A stretch of 58,980 nucleotides of DNA, counting the filler, from Sphacelaria rigidula (taxonomy: Eukaryota), in the NCBI GenBank assembly GCA_964200075.2. It is 4 parts of 4 records of this genome, joined end to end, with 100 filler letters (N's around TTAATTAATTAA, not from the genome) between each part and the next. Parts side by side here need not be neighbours in the genome. Positions count along the whole stretch, not along the records: positions 44,313 to 58,980 come from CAXNAA020002107.1; 3 more parts are not named here. One strand, written 5' to 3'. The notes below the pieces were generated by a model. That model did not search any database. It saw only the letters and a list, made by a program, of their open reading frames with translations, and was not told where the DNA came from. Both the position numbers and the translations under genes were made by a program. Below are positions 51,042-58,980 of this stretch, piece after piece. The first letter of the stretch is position 1, and each line of letters starts with the position of its first letter.

Positions 51042-51899
51042 GTGAGTCATGATATATCATCTTGAGCGAAAAATGTTCTGTATGTTGTGGATCGCTATGT
51101 GAGGCATGTCGCGGTAGAAGATGCATCTCTGAACCCATATTTTTCTCATAGAAGGGCTCGTAAAGTCATGATGCATGCAAGAAAATGGTTCAGTTGATTC
51201 CTTAACCAATTAGGATGCCAATCGTGGCGTGCTGTCGATTTTTTGTCTCTTTCTTCCGTCAATATGTTTTGACGTAACTGTAATAGACGGATAGCCGTGC
51301 GGATTCTTGTCACGTCGGAGAGTAGCGAGTTGTACTGTGGTTGCTTCGTTCAAGAGGAGGAGAGATGCCTTGATCCTCAGACATCAAGGATTCGTCCCGA
51401 GGAAGGAGAGGGGTTACAAATGCAACGAAAATGAATAAATAAAAGGTTTTTGGCCTAGCTGGCTAACGATGAGACACGCATGAGGCAGTCTGGAACTCGT
51501 GGCTGTATCTGGAAGTGGCGATACCAGAAGATGAAGTAACTCGTTGGATGGAGGTTGTGATCCATATGTAAGATAATCAGTACGAGTTGGGCCGAACGAT
51601 CTGAGCAGGATGCAGGTCACCCTTCGTGCGACTCGCAGAACAGATCACGGGGTATCGCGCTTGGCGATTGATTGCGGGCCTGGTCCGGCGAAAACCCGCA
51701 AAAACGGCGTGCTCCGTCCCGGCTTTGTAGGGATGCGAGGTCAATGGTCTCATGACTACGGTATGCATGATCATGAGTATACCCTATCTGGCTAAGGATG
51801 CACGCACGACATCGACCATCGGAGCGCAGGGATAGTATGATCAATTTGTGATGATTCCCTCCACCCACACACGATATCGTTTGGTACATCATATGCTAA

Positions 51900-52087
51900 G
51901 GGCCTGTCTTACCACGTTAGTTTTCCATCGAAATTGTGCGGTGGAAAGCAAAAATCCCGATCTGATTGGTCGTAATTTCAACCATCGTCGAAATTCACGA
52001 CGATGGTTGAAATTACGACCAATCAAATCGGGATTCTTGCTCTCCACCGCACAATTTCGATCGAATACCAGTGTGCTAGACAGGCCC
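51900..52087. mobile_element. 188-bp near-perfect hairpin MITE in PP1 intron
   Basis: GGGCCTGTCT...AGACAGGCCC with ~90 bp stem, flanked by TAA/CAA. Confidence 0.85.
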
Positions 52088-52569
52088 CAATAGCGAGAAA
52101 TCGATATTCACCCTCGGAGATTGATGGTGGCCACAGACGGCGAAGCAGGGAGGGGATAAGATATACAATAGGTTATTGTGTAATATGTGTGAAAAACAAA
52201 AAACAAGAAACAAAAAACGTCATCAGCAGCGCCCAAACCTTGAAGGTCTCTCTATCTCTATTCGGAGTAGGAATGGTGCTCTATCTTGGAATATATGCGT
52301 GGTCAACGGTCAAAAGACTAGGGCAAGCATCAAATAAGTTGACCCCCCCCCCTCACACACCCCGACCCCCAATGGAAGAGGGGACAAGCGACCAACCAGC
52401 CCGGCACCCGAAAACGGNNNNNNNNNNCCCCCCCCACCCCCCGCGCCAAAAGGGACGGGACGGAATGGGGCGCACCCAAAAAAAATACAACAAAAAAGAA
52501 CCCCCCCCCCCCCCCCCCCCCCTCACACACGCATAAACTCTCGTCGGTATGCCCCCCTGGACTGGTCAG

Positions 52570-52746
52570 GCAAGAGGCGTTATTCGGCGAAGCTATGGCG
52601 TACGTTTACGGACTGTTTTAACTGTCTCCCAGTGGCAGCAATCGTGGACGACAAGATCTTCTGCGCGCACGGAGGCTTGTCGCCGGAGCTGTTCGACATG
52701 GAGCAAATCAATCGGATATCGCGTCCGACGGATGTCCCCGATGCAG
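52570..52746 (+). CDS. PP1: PP1 exon with HGGLSP motif
   Basis: [58 protein letters not shown]. Confidence 0.96.
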
Positions 52747-53075
52747 GTGTGCGCGCGTGTGTGTGTCATAGTCCAGCCCTCGCGCGTGTAGGTGGTGTGT
52801 TGTGTGCAGTCATTCATTGCTTTTGTCGATGTAATAGTGAGATCGAATTTGCGCAACTTACTTGAGTACACGTCTACCTCTCCGTGGAATTTTTCCAAGC
52901 TCGGCGCCAAAAATATCCATGGCTTATGTTTACTTGATTTTGAGCGTGAGCACTAAATATTCGGGTCTTTGGCTGGTTGAGGATGACAGCCCGGAGTGCT
53001 CCCTAGCTAGCATGCACAGAGAACGCGCTTTTTTCTTCTTTTTTTCGAATCGGCGTCGCAGGCGTTAGTTTTTAA

Positions 53076-53258
53076 CCCTTTTGGAATCGTTGATGGAAAA
53101 GTGACGATTTACAATTGACGTTTTCTAGGGCAAGATATAAGTTCGAGTATATACTAGTGTGACTGATTTGTGCGCCGAACTCGAAATGACGTTTTCCCGG
53201 TGACAAAAGCTCGCATATGGGAATGTTTACTGTTTTTTTTTTGCGAGTTTCAAAAGGG
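53076..53258. mobile_element. Non-autonomous piggyBac-type element
   Basis: TTAA|CCCTTTTGGAA ... TTTCAAAAGGG|TTAA. Confidence 0.8.
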
Positions 53259-53685
53259 TTAAGGGAGCTATATGAGCTAGCTCATGATCTGGACCAGTAC
53301 ACTGGTAGGAAGTATAGTTTGGGCAGCTTATGAGCAGTCCGACATGCAAAAGATGTGGCTTCGCGACAGTATGTACCTAGAGAGCTTACGAGAACCCGAC
53401 GCGCCCAAAACTCTCATGGTTGAAAGAAGAGTACACAATCGTGTTATTATTATCATTTTGGGTACATTTTGGAACACAATTTCAGGACGTGTAGTTCCGG
53501 TCATATTGATGTTTTTGTATGATTTCAGTTGAACTTTTTGTGATATTGTTTTTTGTGCGTTTAAAATATATAGATGTGTATATATAGATGAGTACATGTG
53601 TGTGACACTTCACGAATGAGGCGTCGTGAACTATTTGTGCTATTTTGCTCTTTTGTTTTCTGTTTCATGTATGGTTATTGTCCAG

Positions 53686-53837
53686 GGTTGCTGTGCGATC
53701 TGTTGTGGTCGGATCCCGAGCGCGAAATGATTGGTTGGGGAGAGAACGACAGAGGGGTGTCCTTCACGTTCGGAGAAGACATCGTCGAGGACTTCCTGAA
53801 GAATCATGACCTCGACCTCATCTGCCGAGCGCACCAG
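53686..53837 (+). CDS. PP1: PP1 exon with DLLWSDP and RAHQ motifs
   Basis: [51 protein letters not shown]. Confidence 0.96.
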
Positions 53838-54260
53838 GTGTGTGTGCATCATACTCCCCTCTCTCTGTGTTTTGTGTTTGTTGTTTGCAAATTTGTCTTG
53901 TACATGAACCAGGGCAGGTTATGCTCCCGTGTGTCGCTTAATGTGTTAATGTATTCTCCAACAGGTTGAGCTTCAGCGTGCCGTGCTGTACAGGGCACAG
54001 GTGGATTCATACTGTAGTCTTAGAAAGGGAGAAATAAGGTATCTTTTTTTCTTATGAATGCTGATGTGAAGATGCTGTCAACACGCAAGCAGTTGCCGTA
54101 CTTGCTGTGACATTATTTTTTTTTCCCAACACATCGGTTTCAGTCTGCACTGATTATTGTGCTTCGCAGCCCAGCACGGAGCGAGCATACCGTTTTTGCG
54201 TGCTGTAATACCACCGTATAGAACTTTTATTTGTCCCTGTGTCGTACATGTTGTGCAGTA

Positions 54261-54605
54261 TTGTTATCCCATCTATTCTGGACGCCAGTTTCCACCTTCC
54301 GGTATATGTGGATGCATCAGCCGGGGTCATACAGGAGGGAGGCCAACCCACGAGTCTTTGTTTCTTATTTCTTTGAGTTCTCGACCTTCCTTCCACGGTG
54401 CCTGCCTTATATTTTTTGTCGCGAGAGGGTTTCAGCGGTCCATTCCCTCGTCGACCGTGAAGTCGAATTTTGTGTATCCAAAACATGGTCGCTCTCCACT
54501 GTTGGGCACTGTGTGAGGAGAATTCCAGATCGCTCCGAGATTCGAACCCACGACCCAACCGTCAGAGAGTTTCGAGGTAACCAACTGAGCCACCGGGGCG
54601 ACTGG
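54261..54605 (-). mobile_element. SINE-like family 1, antisense in PP1 intron
   Basis: Reverse complement aligns with the family; A/B boxes intact. Confidence 0.8.
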
Positions 54606-55581
54606 TAAAGGCGCAGTGTTCACACATGGATCACGGGGAGTACCACCCCACGACGGTCGATGTTGCTCACGGTTCGGACGAATCATGGCTGGTTCGAATC
54701 ACCAAATATAAGAAATGTGAGGCCTGAATGCTCGAAACAGGGAAAATGTCGACCGCGGGTCAGGAACATCTCCATGTAATATTTTTGTTATTCCATGTGT
54801 TTGGAGCGCAGCGCTTATCGGCGGTGCAATGCATATCATGTGACCACTGCTGGACCCCTGGGGGGGTCAGTTAAAGTGTGACAATCAAGCCATCAATCAA
54901 AATCAAATGCCAAAAACAACGTGAAGTACAAATCAATCAAGCTTGAGGCAATTTCATTTTCTGGCGACTCTTTATTCACCCCACCGTCGATGTTTTGTTA
55001 ACCTCCACTTGATTGATGAGAGAAGGCCCTCATGTACTCAAAAATCCCTTGGATAGAGAGACCTCTATCGAGATCGTTCTGAAGTCCCACGGGAAAATTC
55101 GGGGGTGGAATGGGCGCGGATATTTTTGGGTCGCTGTGGCCTCAGGCACCCTGGAATATTCATCGTGGTGAGCAGTCGCCCGGCCTTTCCACGTAAAGCC
55201 ATGTCATAGGAGGGGGGGGTTCTACTTTTCTAGTTTAATCATAATCGTTGATATCAACTGTTGTCTTTCCTTTTCCCAAAAAATGAATTATCATAATCCA
55301 CCCCCAACATCCCAACCATCCATCCTCTAACAATCTTCAATAATTTAATTAATTGATTAAAATATTATTATGTAATTATTTTATATAAAATAATATTATT
55401 AAAACATTATTACTATGATTTTTTATTCTATTTAATATGCTATTATCAATATTGTCAATACTATGAACATCATGAATCTTGTTGATCCTCTTGATATGCT
55501 TAACACTTTGATTATTCTTCGTCCGTTCCTTATCTTGCTCTGCCGTGCTCGTGGTATAAACCTGTGTTTTCTTTCCTCAAG

Positions 55582-55716
55582 GTGGTGGAGGACGGGTACG
55601 AATTTTTCGCGAAACGACGGTTGGTAACACTGTTCTCCGCGCCCAATTATTGTGGAGAATTCAACAACGCCGGCGCCATGATGAGCGTCGACGAGGCCCT
55701 TATGTGCTCGTTCCAG
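55582..55716 (+). CDS. PP1: PP1 exon with SAPNYC motif
   Basis: [45 protein letters not shown]. Confidence 0.96.
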
Positions 55717-55884
55717 GTACTTTATTTATTTATATATTTATTTTTCACTTTATTTTTCATCTTCATTTCCGTCTTCGTTTTTTTTTTGTATTTTCATTCT
55801 CATTTTTATTTTTATTTTTTTATTATTTTTATATTCATCGATTTTTTTTTGTTTGTTATTTTTCATCTGTTATTTGTTATTTGT

Positions 55885-56185
55885 CGCACTTTGAACCCTT
55901 CCCCTTTCTCGGAACGAGCCCGTGGTCTCAAGGGGGTTCAACCCATCTCTCTCCGGTACACCTTGCCTTGCATTTTGGTCTCGTGGATTGGGCCATGACT
56001 ATCATCTCTCCCGCACCGCGTTAATTCTCGTCAAACCAACGCAGTCGGCTGCTTTTTGTTTACCCACACGTAACTCACGCTTCCGACGGTGGAAGACGGA
56101 TCCCTGGAAAAAACCCAACGCATCGGGAATCGAACCCACGTTCTCTCGACACTAGTGGTGACCGTCGAACCAGTAAACCTCTGGG
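55885..56185 (-). mobile_element. SINE-like family 2 with adjacent A-rich tail (T-rich 55720-55880 on +)
   Basis: B box GGTTCGATTCC and head shared with 1-73. The 3' boundary is approximate. Confidence 0.55.
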
Positions 56186-56552
56186 GGGGGGGGGGCACCG
56201 GCAAGGGTTAGGGCTGCTGTACTGTACATACGGTACAGTCAGCCTTTTTCTAAACATTTTTTCTGCCCTTGCACTCTACGCGCTTCATGTTGATCTCAGG
56301 CCTGTACTGAACAGGAATGGGCAAAGTGTCGCACGTCGGACGACCCATATGAGTTAACTCGGTTCTGTGGTGTGAGCCCATCCGGTCGAAAATAAATGAT
56401 CGTTACACGTCACAAAATTCATGACACGTCAAAAGTTGAGCGTCGGGCCAGGCTAGAACCACGGTGGGGGATAACGTGTGAAGCCCTGTTCGAAGTCAAG
56501 TCAAATCAGGGCTCCTCACGTGGTCCACCACCCTAGTACTAGCCTGGGTTAA

Positions 56553-57010
56553 CCCTCTTGGAACCCACAACGGAAAATTGATCATTTGCAATTGACGGTT
56601 TTTGAGCAAGACATGGTTGACGGTTTACAGCTCAGACGCGACAACATCCACCTAATGCGTATTTTTCAGACCCGTGCGAGTGACAAGTGGAACACAAGAA
56701 GATTTCCCATGTACCGATGTGCCGTATCAGACCTTGGAACCCATTGCTGTTTTTTGCTGGTTATTGTCGATGTATACACTTGGACACACTTCATCCCTTG
56801 CGTGGTATGATTGAACAAACTTCACCCGACCTCTCCAGCGAGGACATTTTTTTCCTGCACCCGCCGCGTGTGCTACTGGATTCTTCTTCGGTCTTCCATT
56901 ATATAATGGTTGCCGTCGGCCTTTTTCTGCTTCCATATTTTCCTCTTTATCAGGGCTTCTCATAAATGAGGCGTTTGGCCCGGGGACAAGAGGGGAGGGT
57001 TTCAAAAGGG
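56553..57010. mobile_element. Non-autonomous piggyBac-type element, longer relative
   Basis: TTAA|CCCTCTTGGAA ... TTTCAAAAGGG|TTAA; left subterminal region similar to the 53076 copy. Confidence 0.8.
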
Positions 57011-57219
57011 TTAACTTTTCGCGTGTAACGATAAGTGCCCGTACCCGCTGAGCTATACGATATACCTCAGCGAGTGGAAATGGGTACCGCTGAAGTTAGT
57101 CATAAGAAAATGAGCGATATGGGTTGAGTTGTCCGATGTGTGGACAGTGTTCGATTTTAAAACTTGAGCTTTTACAATATTTTCACACGTCGGACAGCTC
57201 ATTAGCTACCTGAAATAAG

Positions 57220-57815
57220 CATGGGTGTACACGTTACACGTCACGTTTTTGCGTGACGCATTCGAAAAAACGTAACTCTTGGCCGATTAAGGCCAACTCT
57301 TATGGGAGCGTTTGAAATTTTATTTTGCAACAATTTCAGAGGAGTTTTTTTTTTCTTTCTTATCATGGTGAACGGGCACAAAACACACAACTACCGCAAA
57401 AAAAAAAAAAATCGTTCAAAATTATTGCAAAACAATATCCTAAACGCTCCCATAAGAGTTGGCCTAACGCTACGTAAGGTTCGATTTTTTGGACGGGACT
57501 AATGTAAAGTAACGTGATGTAAAGTGTGGCCCTTCGCATGAAACCCACCATAGCGTTTTACTTTCCAAACGTGACGAAAACTCTGCGTTTTTGCGTGAAT
57601 GTGTAACGTGTCACGTGTCCCGTGTCCCGTTAAAAATTACAAAAGTAGCCTTTTTTTCACGTCTGGGAAATCCCGAGAGACACTGCTTCAAGGTCCACAC
57701 GCTACGTCACTTTGTCCCGTCCAAAAAATTAAACCTTACGTAGCGTTAATTGGCCCAAAGTTACGTTTTTCCCGTTTTTTTCAAATGTATCACGTGTGTA
57801 ACGTGTAAATCCCTG
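57220..57815. mobile_element. Non-autonomous hAT-type element
   Basis: 20-bp TIRs (17/20 match, CAGGG-type) and a perfect 8-bp TSD GAAATAAG at 57212-57219 and 57816-57823. Confidence 0.85.
57291..57464. mobile_element. Harbinger-like MITE nested in the hAT element
   Basis: Perfect TIR GGCCAACTCTTATGGGAGCGTTT and TAA TSD. Confidence 0.9.
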
Positions 57816-58980
57816 GAAATAAGTAATCAAGGAAAACTGTCAGATCCATTGTACAAGAAGGCAAAATACGTGACAGCAGTGTTCGAGAAGTCAGAGCGTT
57901 ACCCTCCCGATACACCGCGTGCTCGCCGTACATCGCTGTCGGGAGCTAGTCCGGAAATAGTGGCGAAATGACCTAGCTCATGAGCTGTCCAACTTGTGAA
58001 CATTTTGACACGGCGAGCTGGGCTGGCCAAGGCTCGATCACCGCAGGTCGCTGGCCAAAATCGGCGTTTTTTTTTCCAATTTCGGGGTTCAGCATTTTGA
58101 CACCTCAACGACTGAACTAGACTTGTTATTTTTTGCAATCCTTATTCCGGGCAATGCATATATTTCACACCTTGAACAATCAACGATCAATAGATGCAAT
58201 ATAGACAAAAATATGTATTGGGGTTAAGTTTAGGCCTATTCTGGCAACTATTGCACGGGTCGGGCGAATGAGAGATTCGTCTGGAAATGACTTGATTCTA
58301 GTGTGAATGATCCGTACCGTACGAATCAATCCTTGGGCTTTGTTTTCAGCGTTGCGACCCAGGTACGCGCAGCCCAGGCACGTGGAATGGCGCAAAAGTT
58401 GAGGGGGACCTGCTTGACCAGCGGTCAACTTTTTTCTCTCTTTTGAGCAATCAGGCCTGAAAAATCGTGGATTTGGTGATTCGGACCGGCGGGGATTCGT
58501 CCGAACCGTGAGGTAGTGCCGGTCTGACAATAGTTGCAACAGGTCTGTACTTCATCCAGTACATATTTTTCGTCTGTCGCATATCTTTTTAATGGATTGA
58601 TTGATTGATTGATTGTCGCACTTTAACTGACCCCCCAGGGATACATGATAGACGTACCCGAGCCGAAACAAAATTGAAACATTCGCAGCAGGAAAATAAT
58701 CAGAACAAAGGAAGAAACAAAAAATATGAATATGTGTGTAAAAAGAAAGGACAAGAAACGGCCGGCGTCCGCCACATGGCTTCGGCGGAAAAAAAAAACT
58801 CTCGCCCATGTACTGTCCATGCTGTGAGATATTTAGGCTGTCTTCAGCTTCCTTGAAGTAGTAAGAAAAAAAACGAGAGGTGGGGGAGGTGGGGGGCGTA
58901 CTCATTTGTCGCTTGCCTTTGTCGTTTGACCATTGACAACGCATCCCTTTCGAGACGGAGCAGCAGAGGGCGGCGGGGGG

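Noticed and set aside
1197-55716. A functional gene cluster linking the HTH, TBC and PP1 genes
   Set aside because: The genes lie on separate, artificially joined contigs.
57816-57971. ORF segment PLYKKAKY...PPDTPR resembling the PP1 C-terminal tail
   Set aside because: There is no good phase-0 acceptor or pyrimidine tract (the CAG at 57841-57843 gives another frame), and it sits between repeat arms. Not called without transcript data.

Overview
Eukaryotic, intron-rich and repeat-dense DNA, most likely from a photosynthetic stramenopile such as a brown alga (inferred from the long GT-AG introns and a bipartite plastid-targeting presequence). The window is not one locus. It is four unrelated contigs of 14672, 14670, 14670 and 14668 bp joined by identical artificial 100-nt spacers (N44-TTAATTAATTAA-N44). 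Contig 1 (1-14672) holds the 3' part of a spliced gene with a CENP-B/Tc5(pogo)-type HTH domain fused to a ~700-aa Q/G/P/M-rich tail, plus the first exon of a plastid-targeted protein. Contig 2 (14773-29442) holds a 3-exon gene for a small two-TM protein and the first coding exon of a TBC1D23-like protein. Contig 3 (29543-44212) has no convincing host gene and is largely nested and stacked DNA transposon remnants. Contig 4 (44313-58980) holds six internal exons of a PP1 catalytic subunit. Non-coding space contains two tRNA-headed SINE-like families and non-autonomous PIF/Harbinger-, hAT- and piggyBac-type elements with readable TSDs. No rRNA, intact tRNA or CRISPR was found. All homology calls are by eye, with no database search.
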